Shown: piece by piece, positions 45,664 through 54,646 of the stretch
How the letters are laid out: every line of letters starts with the position of its first letter
Numbering within the stretch: position 1 is the first letter of the stretch
Source of the DNA: an uncultured Acidobacteriota bacterium
GTDB taxonomy: Bacteria > Acidobacteriota > Thermoanaerobaculia > Multivoradales > UBA5704
Length of the DNA: 64,000 nt
Direction: 5' to 3'
NCBI GenBank assembly: GCA_963770895.1
Contig: CAVYRF010000001.1
Span: 512,001 to 576,000 of the forward strand
Position numbers and translations under genes: made by a program
The notes under the pieces: generated by a model
Database searches by the model: none
What the model was told of the DNA's origin: nothing
What the model saw: only the letters and a program-made list of their open reading frames with translations

Positions 45664-47334
45664 TCAGTCGCCGCCGGTGAGACCCTGCCGGCCGGCGACC
45701 AGCAGGCGGTCGGCCAGCAGCTGCAGGTCGGCGATCAGGGGAGACCGGTCACCCTTGCTTGTGACTTCTCCCTGCTCTCTCTGATCCTTCTGATCTCTCG
45801 GACCTCTCCGATCGCTCTGATCTCGCTGGTTTCTCTGATCTTCCAGGTTTTCCTGTTCTCCCTGGCCTCCCTGGCGTCCCTGGTCGCCGGCGTAGATCGC
45901 GTCGCTCGCAGCGCCTGTATAGCCTGGATTGAAGGTATGGGCGGCAGGGGCGGCATGAGTGGCATCGGCGACATTGCCGGCATCGCCGGCGAGCGGCGCC
46001 AAACAAGCCGGCAGCGCCAATCCCAACGGCACACGCAACTCGCGGTGCGCCACGGTGAGCGCGGCGCCGCGGTCGCCCGCGGCGTCGCCATCCATGTCGA
46101 TCGCGGCCAGGCGCCGTGCCCGCGCCGCGGCGGCCGGACAGCCGGGGAAGGCGGCCAGCAGGTCGGCGGCCAGGTCGGCGCTGCGGCCTGGGTGCTGCGC
46201 CCGCAGGCGCAGCTGCGCCTGCTCGAGCGAGCAGGCGGCGGCCTCGGCCAGGCTGCCGGTGCACAACAGGGCGCGGCGCGCCCGGTCGAGCATCGCCTCC
46301 GCCGGCTCGTATTGGCGGTCGAGGGCGGCGATGCGCGCCTCCCACCACAGCCGGAAGGCTTCCTCGCCGGCATCCGCGGCGGCGGCGTAGAGGCCGCGTG
46401 CGGCGCGCAGGCGCTCCCGCGCCTGCTGGCAGTGCCCGGCCAGGGCGTTGCACCAGGCGAGCGCCAGTGCGGCGCGGGCGGCGAGGGCCGGCGCCAGCTC
46501 GGCGTCGATCTGCAGGTGCCCCAGGCTGAGCTCGACGGCGGCCTGCGCGGGGAGCCCCTGCGCCACCAGCACGAATCCCGCCTGCACCCGGCAGGCAGCC
46601 TCGCCCTGGCGCTCGGCGGCGCCGGCGAAGAGGCGCGCCGCCTGGACGAACAGGCCGGCGGCATCGTCCAGCCGCGCCGCCTGCCAGGCGAGCTGCGCGC
46701 CGGCGCCGAACAGCGCGGCGCGCTCTTCGTCGGCGTCGGCCGGCGCCGCTGCAACGAACAGGAGGGCAGACCGATACGCCGCGCCGGCCGCTGCCGGCGC
46801 CCCCCGGCGAACGCGGCCGCGGGCCAGGTGCCAGAAGCCGCGCAGCAGCACCTTGAGGTGGCGCCCGTCGGGTTCCAGGACCCACGGCGTCAGAATGTCG
46901 ATGGCGGTCTGCGCCAGCCGTTCGCCGTACGCGGGATCGTCCAGGGCCTGGTCGGCGCGGGCCAGCAGGGCGCGCGCCACCAGCGGCGGTGGCGCATCCA
47001 GGGCGGCCGCTGGCGCCGCGGCGTCGCCGGCAAGCCCGAGATCCGCGGTCACGGCTGGTACCGCGTCGACCACGGCTGGGGCCGACAGGGCGATGCTGGC
47101 GGGGGCCGGCAGGGCGACTCCGGCGGGGGCCGGCAGGGCGATTCCGGCGGAGGCCGGCCGGGCGATTCCGGCGGAGGCCGGCCGGGCGGCAGAGGCAGGG
47201 ACAAGCTGGTCGGCGCGGGCGAAGGCGGCGCGGATCCGGCGCGCCATCTGGACCAGGTCGAGCGCCGCGATGCCGTCGCAGGCGCCGAGCGCGCCGGCTG
47301 CGTCGTGGGCGGATCGATGCCCGAGCGTCTTCAT
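45664..47334 (-). CDS. Divergent TPR-like protein of the same family, no HTH (paralog 3)
   Basis: GGAGAGG RBS; WWEARIAAL..AEAMLDRARRAL..AACSLEQAQL aligns with WLQGRVAAG..FEQARAEF..AVSLELAI of paralogs 1 and 2. Low-complexity repeats at both ends. Confidence 0.65.
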   Translation of the reverse strand: MKTLGHRSAHDAAGALGACDGIAALDLVQMARRIRAAFARADQLVPASAARPASAGIARPASAGIALPAPAGVALPAPASIALSAPAVVDAVPAVTADLGLAGDAAAPAAALDAPPPLVARALLARADQALDDPAYGERLAQTAIDILTPWVLEPDGRHLKVLLRGFWHLARGRVRRGAPAAAGAAYRSALLFVAAAPADADEERAALFGAGAQLAWQAARLDDAAGLFVQAARLFAGAAERQGEAACRVQAGFVLVAQGLPAQAAVELSLGHLQIDAELAPALAARAALALAWCNALAGHCQQARERLRAARGLYAAAADAGEEAFRLWWEARIAALDRQYEPAEAMLDRARRALLCTGSLAEAAACSLEQAQLRLRAQHPGRSADLAADLLAAFPGCPAAAARARRLAAIDMDGDAAGDRGAALTVAHRELRVPLGLALPACLAPLAGDAGNVADATHAAPAAHTFNPGYTGAASDAIYAGDQGRQGGQGEQENLEDQRNQRDQSDRRGPRDQKDQREQGEVTSKGDRSPLIADLQLLADRLLVAGRQGLTGGD

Positions 47335-47737
47335 CTGGTTCCTCTCCGCAAAACCACATCACCCAATCCGGCAGCGTGGAGCCCGCGCGTCCGCCAGAAG
47401 GCGCATCGAAGTGTCACACCAGAGACAAATTCTTACAACATATAAGGCAATTCGTCAAATCGACATCATTGAAGTCGGGCATTTGCCCAGAATTCATGTC
47501 CTCCTTCGCGGCATGATTTGTTGCCGCAGCGGTCACGTTAGTCCTTAACTCGCGCACCTATTAAAGCAAGGCCGCCGGGGTCGGTTGACTTGATTGCGCG
47601 CTTGCGTTAAAAGTTCAACTTAGGCGATGCGGGCGACATCTGGTTTCGCGACCGGCCGGCAACTCGGGTACGAATGCCGTGGGCGGGCGCGGCCATGTCC
47701 GGTCGCGTCCGGCCTGCGGAGTAGGGAGGGATCTCTC

Positions 47738-48070
47738 ATGTCAAAGTCAGGATTTCGGGTCAGTGTTGTCGTCCTTGCTCTCGCCCTGGCGGCGTCGATG
47801 GTGAGTCCAGGGCAGGCTGCCCAGCGTGCGGCGGCGGCGTCGCAGCCGGCCTCTCACTCATTGCTGGATCGCCTGGTCGAAGGCCTGCCAAGCGGCCTTT
47901 TGCGCCTGCTCGGCCTGCCGGAGCCCGCGGCGCGCGGTGCGTCCGGCGCGCACGTGACCAAAGGCGCGACCGGAGCGGGCAGGGTGTTGGCGTCGCCGAC
48001 GTCCACGGCCAGCTCCGGCGCGGGCAGCAATCCCAACGACTCGGGCGCCTGGATCGATCCAAACGGCTGA
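47738..48070 (+). CDS. Small secreted precursor (110 aa) ending in GAWIDPNG
   Basis: AGGGAGG RBS; signal peptide MSKSGFRVSVVVLALALAASMVSPGQA; amphipathic SLLDRLVEGLPSGLLRLLGL; terminal DSGAWIDPNG-stop. Confidence 0.8.
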   Translation: MSKSGFRVSVVVLALALAASMVSPGQAAQRAAAASQPASHSLLDRLVEGLPSGLLRLLGLPEPAARGASGAHVTKGATGAGRVLASPTSTASSGAGSNPNDSGAWIDPNG

Positions 48071-48229
48071 GCGTGGCAACGACCGCGGCAAGCTGCGCAG
48101 CGGTTTCCGTCCAGAGCTCCTTGGGCAGGGGGCAATGTGCCCCTGCCCGCCTCTGGGCAAGGCAATACAGTTTGTGAGAGAATATTGAGCAGCGCAAGTA
48201 TCCTGATTACCTGGGAGGGAAACTTGAGC

Positions 48230-49606
48230 ATGCACGAAGAGCACCCATCTGATGCAGTTTTGCAGCGCTTCGTCCGCGGCGAGCTGACCCGCGACGCCGC
48301 CAAGGCGGTGGTCGCGCACCTGCTCGCAAAGTGCGACGTGTGCCTTGCCCACATTGAAACGCTGGAAATCGAGGCGCGCTGTCACGTCTCCCTGCCTGGC
48401 CGGCGTGCAGCCCCCGATCCGACCTCCGAAAGCGCGTACGACATGGCGATCGATCGCGCTGTCGCGGGTCTGTTCCTGCACGGCGACGGGGTGCTGCAGA
48501 AAAAGCAGCAGGCCGGGCAGCTCAAGCAGCTGCTGGCCCAGGGAGGTCTGCGCAAGGCGCGCGAGCATCCGATGTGGGGTGCCACCTTCGCGGCGTACGA
48601 CGCCCTGCTCAGCCGCGCCTGGGAGATCCGCTATGCCCGCATCGGGGAAATGATCGAGCTCACGCGGCTCGCCTGTTTCGTCGCACCCAAGCTCGGGCGC
48701 GAGGGGTACACCCCGCGCCAGGTCGCGGACTTCAGTGCCAGGGCCTGGGGCGAACACGGCAATGCGCTGCGTATCGCCGACCGCTTCGGCGAAGCCGAAG
48801 AGTGCCTGGACCGGGCGATCAGCTGCTGGCTCGAAGGGACGCGCGATCGCTTCCAGCAGGCCCGCCTGATGCATTTCACCGCCTCCCTGCTGGGCGATCA
48901 GCGGCGCATCGCGGAGGCGACGCAGTACATGACCGAGGTGTGCGACCTCTACCTCGACCTGGGAGATCGCCACAGCGCCGGCAAGGCCGTGGTCAACCTG
49001 AGCCTGTACGTCGGCGAAACCGGGGATGCCGTCGAAGCGACGCGGTTGGCCGACCGTGCGCTGTCGCTCCTCGATCCGCGGCAGGAACCCGAGCTGCAGG
49101 CCTTCGCCCTCTACAACAAGCTGCACTTCCTGGTGGAGGGGGGGAGCTTCCGCGAAGCGCGTTCCGGTCTCTGGAAGCACCGCCGTCAGATCGCGGAGCT
49201 AGGCCAGGCCGGTCAGATCAACAACGTCAAACTGTCGTACCTGGAGGGCCGCATCAACGCCGGGCTGGGGGAACTGGACCGGGCCGAGCGCCAACTGAAA
49301 CAGGCGCTGGCGGACCTTGAAGCCAAGGAGATCCCGCTGTTGCAGTCGATCGTCTCGCTGGAGCTGGCCGCGGTCTGGATGCTGCAGGGACGCGCCGAAG
49401 AGGCACGCGCCCTGGCCGTGGAGACGGCGGACCGCCTGTTGCGTCTGGGTCTCGCCGGCGAAGCCGCCAGGGCCCTCCCCATCCTGCGCCGCGCGCTGGA
49501 GCGCCAGGCCGTCACGGTGGGCCTGTTCCACGACGTCGTGCGCTTCCTGCGGCGCGAAGACCACGCCTCCTACGCGCGCTTGAGCCACGACCGCTGCAGC
49601 GGCTAG
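48230..49606 (+). CDS. TPR protein with N-terminal zf-HC2-like motif (paralog 4)
   Basis: GGGAGGG RBS; HPSDAVLQRFVRGEL..VVAHLLAKCDVC; AWGEHGNALRIAD, ASLLGDQR, YLEGRINAGLG, VSLELAAVW match paralogs 1 and 2. Confidence 0.82.
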   Translation: MHEEHPSDAVLQRFVRGELTRDAAKAVVAHLLAKCDVCLAHIETLEIEARCHVSLPGRRAAPDPTSESAYDMAIDRAVAGLFLHGDGVLQKKQQAGQLKQLLAQGGLRKAREHPMWGATFAAYDALLSRAWEIRYARIGEMIELTRLACFVAPKLGREGYTPRQVADFSARAWGEHGNALRIADRFGEAEECLDRAISCWLEGTRDRFQQARLMHFTASLLGDQRRIAEATQYMTEVCDLYLDLGDRHSAGKAVVNLSLYVGETGDAVEATRLADRALSLLDPRQEPELQAFALYNKLHFLVEGGSFREARSGLWKHRRQIAELGQAGQINNVKLSYLEGRINAGLGELDRAERQLKQALADLEAKEIPLLQSIVSLELAAVWMLQGRAEEARALAVETADRLLRLGLAGEAARALPILRRALERQAVTVGLFHDVVRFLRREDHASYARLSHDRCSG

Positions 49607-49623
49607 TACAGGTAAAGCCGGCC

Positions 49624-49695
49624 GATCGGCCGGCAGGGTGCAGGCAAGGTGGTGAACGTCGATCGCCGGCAGGGTGCCGGCAGGTGGTGAACGTC
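49624..49695. repeat. Imperfect ~36-bp direct repeat x2 between convergent genes
   Basis: GATCG(G)CCGGCAGGGTGCMGGCA(A)GGTGGTGAACGTC repeated in tandem. Confidence 0.7.
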
Positions 49696-50125
49696 AGTCG
49701 CGCTCGGTCGCGGCGCCCTCGCGCTCACCGCGATCGCCGCGCTCACCCCTCTCACCCCTCTCATCCCTCTCACCCCTCTCACCCCTCTCACCCCTCTCAG
49801 GCATCGAGTGCGGCATGTCGGCCGCGCGCAAAGCGGTGAGCAGCTCCACCTGGGTGTTGATCTTGCGCACCAGCGCGCTGGGTTCGGGACTGCTGGCAAA
49901 GACCATCTTCATCACTTCCAGGGGGTGGATCTCGATCGCGTCGGCGAGCTCGAACAGCTGCCCGATCTTCAAGCTGGCATCGCCTTGCAGCACGCGCCGG
50001 ACCAGGTATTCACGCCCGTTGTGAAGGCGCCGGCCGATCTCCCGCTGGGTGAGTCCGGAGAGCCCGATCAGCGTCTGCAGCACCTCAAGAACTCGCTGGA
50101 CTCTGGGGTCGTCGTTCTCGCGCAT
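49694..50125 (-). CDS. Stand-alone XRE-type HTH protein
   Basis: LQTLIGLSGLTQREIGRRL..LVRRVLQGDASLKIGQLFELADAIEIHP; C-terminal (ERG)n from a 9-bp repeat; palindrome TGACTAGTCA at 50125-50134 abuts the start. Confidence 0.8.
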   Translation of the reverse strand: MRENDDPRVQRVLEVLQTLIGLSGLTQREIGRRLHNGREYLVRRVLQGDASLKIGQLFELADAIEIHPLEVMKMVFASSPEPSALVRKINTQVELLTALRAADMPHSMPERGERGERGERDERGERGERGDRGEREGAATERD

Positions 50126-50276
50126 GACTAGTCAAGTCTAAGCCAGCACTGGCACTTTGTCGAGAACTGCCTAAGTTTTCAGGCAGCTGCGAAGAGGGCC
50201 ATTTTGTCGCCGCTCGTGCCATGCGAATGAACCGTGCGGGGCACCAGCACGATGCGGCGGTCTATGATGCGCTGCG

Positions 50277-52160
50277 ATGAATCCTTCGAGCGATGGCGTG
50301 GCGCGGGGCGGGGCGGCGCCGTCGCCCCGCCGGCTGCCGGCCGGGCTGGCGTTGTTGCTGGGCGCGGTCGCGGCGTGGGGTGGATGGTTTGTGTTCCGGT
50401 CGTCGCTGCTGGTCGGCGGGCGGCGGGTGTTCTGCCTGTTCGACGACGCGATGATCTCGATGACCTATGCGCGCAACCTGGTCGAAGGGCACGGCCTCAA
50501 TTGGGCGCGCCGCGGCGCGCCGGTGGAAGGTTTCACCCATCCGCTGTGGACGGCGATGATGGTGCCGGTGCAGCTGCTGCCTCTGCCGCTCGACCGCCGG
50601 GCGCTGGTGGTGCAGGCCGTCGCGCTGGCCGTCCTGCTGCTCCACGTGGTCGTCGTGCGGCGGCTGGTGCTGCGGCATTTCAGCCTGCCGCTGGCGCGCC
50701 ACTGGGCGCCGGCCGCGGTGGCCACGGCGTTTTACTTTCCGCTGGCCTTCTGGACTCTGATCGGCATGGAGACCGGCCTGCAATCGCTGCTCACCACGAT
50801 CTCGGTGCTGCTGGCCCTGGACATCGTGCACCGCCGCCGCGACCGCCGCTGGGCGTTGGCCCTGACCGGCGTGGCGGCGGTGCTGCTGCGCCTGGACATG
50901 CTGGTGTGGGTGCTCGCCGTGCAGGGATACGTCGCCGTGTGCGGCCGCCGCACCGATCCTCCACGGCCGCCGGCGCCGCGTTCGTCGACGTCGCCAGAAA
51001 CCGTGCGGCCGCCGGCGGCCGCGCTGCCCGCGGTGCGCGGCACCTGGCGGCTGGGCGTGACGCTGCCGCTGGCGGCGCTGGCTGCCTACGGGGTGTTCCG
51101 CTGGGTCTACTTTGGCGCCCTGCTGCCCAACACCTATTACCTGAAGCTGGGCGGTGTGCCGCTCGCGGTGCGCCTGCTGCGCGGCGGCAGCACGCTGCTC
51201 GATACGCTGCGCGCGTACGGCCCGCTGCTGCTGGTGGTGGCGGTGGGGGTGATGCCGCCGCTCGCCGCCCTGCGCCGCTCCGCCGCCGCCCGCGCCGGCA
51301 CCGCGCAACGCCGGTGGGGCGAGCGGCTGGCGCTGCCGGCGCTGCTCTTCGTGCTCGCCTGCGCCTACAGCGTCTATGTCGGCGGTGACGCGTGGGAGGG
51401 CGAAGTGAGCGCCAACCGGTTCGTTGCCTTCGCCATGCCGCTGGTGTTCGTGCTGGCCAACGGCCTGCTCAACCGGGCGCTGGCGGCGTGCGTGGCGCTC
51501 GCCCGCGCCGCGCGGTGTCTGCGTCGGCGTCAGCGCCGTCAGGGCGGCGGCGCGGCGGCGGCGGGCCAGGCTCCGCCGGTGCGCTACGCCGTCGTCGTCG
51601 CCACCGTGGCGCTGCTGTTCGCGGCCGACGGGTTGGGCAGCCGCGCCACCGCGGGCGAAGCCTGGCGGCGCCTGGCGGTGATCACGCCGCCGCTGCACGC
51701 CGCCAACTACGAGCAGCTCCTCACCCAGCTGCGTCAACTGCAAACCTATGCCGATCCGACTGCCGCGGTGGCTGTGACGTGGGCCGGCACCACCGCCTAT
51801 TTCAGCGATTTTCAGATGATCGATCAGCTGGGCTACAACGACAGCTATATCGCACACCGCCCGCCGGCGCTGGCCTTGAGCGAAGACAACTTCGGCGATT
51901 TCGTGCCCGGCCACGTCAAGTGGGACATCGCCTACGTCCTGGACCGGCAGCGCCCGGACGCCTTGCTGGGAATCTGGGGCGACGAACCCACCCGGCAGGC
52001 GCTGCTGGCGCACGGTTATCTGCGCCTGGACGGCACCTGGGTCAACCCCGACTCGCCCAAGCTGCACCTTTCGCTCGATGCCGTCGGTCGCCTTGATGAT
52101 GGCGATGACGACGACACCGGCGGCGACGCCGCCGCCGGGTCCGGGTCAGGGTCGGATTAG
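50277..52160 (+). CDS. GT-C-like multi-pass membrane protein
   Basis: LFDDAMISMTYARNL..VEGFTHPLW, GMETG, LPNTYYLK, YVGGDAWE, IDQLGYND, PGHVKWD. Confidence 0.78.
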   Translation: MNPSSDGVARGGAAPSPRRLPAGLALLLGAVAAWGGWFVFRSSLLVGGRRVFCLFDDAMISMTYARNLVEGHGLNWARRGAPVEGFTHPLWTAMMVPVQLLPLPLDRRALVVQAVALAVLLLHVVVVRRLVLRHFSLPLARHWAPAAVATAFYFPLAFWTLIGMETGLQSLLTTISVLLALDIVHRRRDRRWALALTGVAAVLLRLDMLVWVLAVQGYVAVCGRRTDPPRPPAPRSSTSPETVRPPAAALPAVRGTWRLGVTLPLAALAAYGVFRWVYFGALLPNTYYLKLGGVPLAVRLLRGGSTLLDTLRAYGPLLLVVAVGVMPPLAALRRSAAARAGTAQRRWGERLALPALLFVLACAYSVYVGGDAWEGEVSANRFVAFAMPLVFVLANGLLNRALAACVALARAARCLRRRQRRQGGGAAAAGQAPPVRYAVVVATVALLFAADGLGSRATAGEAWRRLAVITPPLHAANYEQLLTQLRQLQTYADPTAAVAVTWAGTTAYFSDFQMIDQLGYNDSYIAHRPPALALSEDNFGDFVPGHVKWDIAYVLDRQRPDALLGIWGDEPTRQALLAHGYLRLDGTWVNPDSPKLHLSLDAVGRLDDGDDDDTGGDAAAGSGSGSD

Positions 52161-52170
52161 ACGCGTCCGG

Positions 52171-52383
52171 TCAGGCGCGGGTGCTGCGGCCCTTGTGGCG
52201 GGCCAGCTCGATCGCCGACAGGCCGATGGGGAGATTGGAGCCCTGATATTCGAACTGGTTGCGCAGCTGGCGCCGCGCCCCATGGTCGAGGAACTTCTCA
52301 CCCCAATCCAACGATTGGCGCTCCTCCATCTCAAACTGAGGTTGGAGAGCCGAAAAAAGCATCGCGTGAGTGAGCCTGCTCAT
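52171..52383 (-). CDS. Small hypothetical protein (70 aa)
   Basis: CAGGAG RBS then ATG at 52383; lower GC than neighbours; no motif recognised. Confidence 0.5.
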   Translation of the reverse strand: MSRLTHAMLFSALQPQFEMEERQSLDWGEKFLDHGARRQLRNQFEYQGSNLPIGLSAIELARHKGRSTRA

Positions 52384-52840
52384 GGTCGATTCTCCTGGGA
52401 TCGGGAAGGTGTGCAACAGTCCAATCCCACTCCTTATCAATTAGCAAGAAGCGGGCCATAATTCCCGCCGGCGCCCTGCCACTACAATGGCGGCCGCGCG
52501 GACCGTGAGGGCCGTGCTGGACGCTCGCCGAGCTGGTCGCTGACTGCGCTGGTCGCTGATGAATTTGGCCGCTGGCGGCGGTGGTTGCTGGCGCTGCTGG
52601 CCGCTGGCCGCGGCCGCCGCGCCGGCCGCGAACGGCCGCGATTGAGGACGACGCTGTTCTCGGAGGTGCCTGCCTAGTGCCCCGCACGGTTCATTCGCAT
52701 GGTAGTCGCGCCGCAATCCGGTCCTCTGGCCAGGCGCGCCGACGCAGGCATAGTCGAAACGTATGTCGAGGAGGCGCAACGCCGCCAGGGGGCCGGAGGG
52801 CAAGCGAATGCCATGCGAATTAGCCGTGCAGGGCACTAGC

Positions 52841-54646
52841 ATGGATGCCCCAGCCTCGCCGCGACCCGGTGCGACCCGCGTCGCCCCCCCTGCCGACGGC
52901 GCCGGCGAGACCAGTAAAGGTAGGGGCAGCGGTGGCAGCGCTGGCATTGCCGGCACTGCCGCCATCGCCGGTATCGCGGTCGTCGGCGCCTGGGTGGTGA
53001 TCGCGGCGATCCTTGCCGCTCGCCTGGCCGGCATGAGCCTGGACGACTTTTACATTACCTATCGCTATGCCTTGCACCTTGCGCACGGCCAGGGCTTCGT
53101 CTTCAATCCGGGCGAGCGGATCTTCGGCCTCACCAATCCCGGCTTGGCGCTGCTGCTGGCGGCGGCGGCCTGGCTGACGCGGGTGCCGGTGCCGGCGCTG
53201 GCGACCGCGGTGTCGGGCGGTGCGCTGGTGATCCTGGCCGGCCTGCTGCTGCGGAGCGCCGCGCGGACCGGGCGGTTCGTTGAAGCCGCCGGCGCCGGGA
53301 CGCTGGCGGTCACCTCGTCCTACCTGTGGGCGCTCCAGGGCGGCGAGGGTCTGCCGATGCTGGCGCTGCTCGCCGGCGCCGCCGAGCTTGCCGCGGCGCA
53401 CCCGCTGGCGGCCGGAGCGCTGGCCGGAATGGCCGTCTGGTTCCGGCCCGAAGCGGCGCTGGGCGCCGGTCTGCTCTGCCTGCTGGTGTGGCGCCAGGAG
53501 CGCCGGATGCCGTGGCAGCTGGCCGGCGCGGCTGGTCTCGTCGTCGCCCTGGGGCTGGCGGCGGCGGCGCTGTACTTTCGCACGCCGATCCCCAGCTCGC
53601 TGGCCGCCAAGCAGGCGATGGCGGCGGCGGGAGTGGCCGGCGCGCAGGCGGGGCCGGTGCGGTTCTGGCTGCGCTCGGTGCGCCTGGTGGCGCACCATTT
53701 CGGACCGCTCTGGCCGCTGCTGGTGGCGCTGGGGCTTGCCGGCCTGGCGCCTCTCTACGCCGCCGGCGGGCGCGCCGGCAAGCTGCTGGTGCTCTTCGCG
53801 CTGGCCCTGGCGGTCTTCTATCCGTTGAGCGGCGTGCCGTGGTTTCCGTGGTACACGCTGCCGGTCGTGGTGGCGCTGCTCTACGGAATGGCTTTCGCGT
53901 TGGGCGCTGTCGTTCGCTGGGGTTGCTCGGGCCGCTGGGGGCGCTGGCGTCGCTGGAGCCTCTGGGGCGCCGGCCAGCCGCGCCCGCGTCCGCGCCCCGC
54001 AGGCGCCGGGCGCGGGCGGCGCCCTGTGCTGGCGACGCTTCTGGCGCTGGCTCTGGCGGCGCCGATCGGCGTGTCGCTGGCGCCCGCCTGCTGGGGCTGG
54101 CACCGCGCCTTCGACTGGCCGCCGTTCATGCGGCGCTACCGCGCCGCCGGCCAGTGGCTCGCCGGTCACACGCCGCCTGGCGCCAGCGTCGCCTACTACG
54201 AGGTCGGCGCGCTGGGGTATTGGAGCGATCGCACCGTCGTCGACCTGCTGGGCATCGTGACGCCCGCTCTCCTGCCGTACGTGCGCCAGGGAGACCTGGC
54301 CGGCGCGTTTCTGGCGCGGCCGGCCGACTACGCGGTGTTCGATACGGCGCGCGGCGGACTGATGCCGGTGGCGGCGGCGTGGTTTCAGGCCGCCTATGCG
54401 CCGGTCGCCCGCTTCGGCGAGCTCACCATCTTTGCGCGCCGGCCCGGCGTCGCGCTGCCGCCACCCGCGGCGCCAGTCCAATCGGGCGCGCCGCCACGGC
54501 ACGCGGCGGCAGTCCAATTGGGCGCGCCTCCCCGGCACGCGGCGGCAGTCCAATCGGGCGTGCCGCCGCCACAGGCGGCGGCGCTTAGCGCGGCACCGGC
54601 GAGCGCAGGAACTGCTCCGCCTCGGCCGGCGGCACCGGCGGACTGA
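52841..54646 (+). CDS. GT-C-like multi-pass membrane protein
   Basis: DDFYITYRYA..GFVFNPGERIFGLTNP, FRPE, IPSSLAAK, EVGALGYWS..VVDLLGIVTP. 3' end overlaps the convergent gene. Confidence 0.75.
   Translation: MDAPASPRPGATRVAPPADGAGETSKGRGSGGSAGIAGTAAIAGIAVVGAWVVIAAILAARLAGMSLDDFYITYRYALHLAHGQGFVFNPGERIFGLTNPGLALLLAAAAWLTRVPVPALATAVSGGALVILAGLLLRSAARTGRFVEAAGAGTLAVTSSYLWALQGGEGLPMLALLAGAAELAAAHPLAAGALAGMAVWFRPEAALGAGLLCLLVWRQERRMPWQLAGAAGLVVALGLAAAALYFRTPIPSSLAAKQAMAAAGVAGAQAGPVRFWLRSVRLVAHHFGPLWPLLVALGLAGLAPLYAAGGRAGKLLVLFALALAVFYPLSGVPWFPWYTLPVVVALLYGMAFALGAVVRWGCSGRWGRWRRWSLWGAGQPRPRPRPAGAGRGRRPVLATLLALALAAPIGVSLAPACWGWHRAFDWPPFMRRYRAAGQWLAGHTPPGASVAYYEVGALGYWSDRTVVDLLGIVTPALLPYVRQGDLAGAFLARPADYAVFDTARGGLMPVAAAWFQAAYAPVARFGELTIFARRPGVALPPPAAPVQSGAPPRHAAAVQLGAPPRHAAAVQSGVPPPQAAALSAAPASAGTAPPRPAAPAD
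54470..54580. repeat. 36-bp tandem repeat x3 (AVQSGAPPRHAA-coding)
   Basis: CAGTCCAATYGGGCGYGCC.. units in tandem without spacers. Confidence 0.75.

Noticed and set aside
47585-47613. Sigma70 promoter TTGACT-N17-TAAAAG for the DPNG peptide gene
   Set aside because: The -10 element lacks the conserved final T; plausible but not supportable without transcription start data.
54470-54580. 36-bp repeats of CRISPR-like length
   Set aside because: No unique spacers; in-frame coding tandem repeat.
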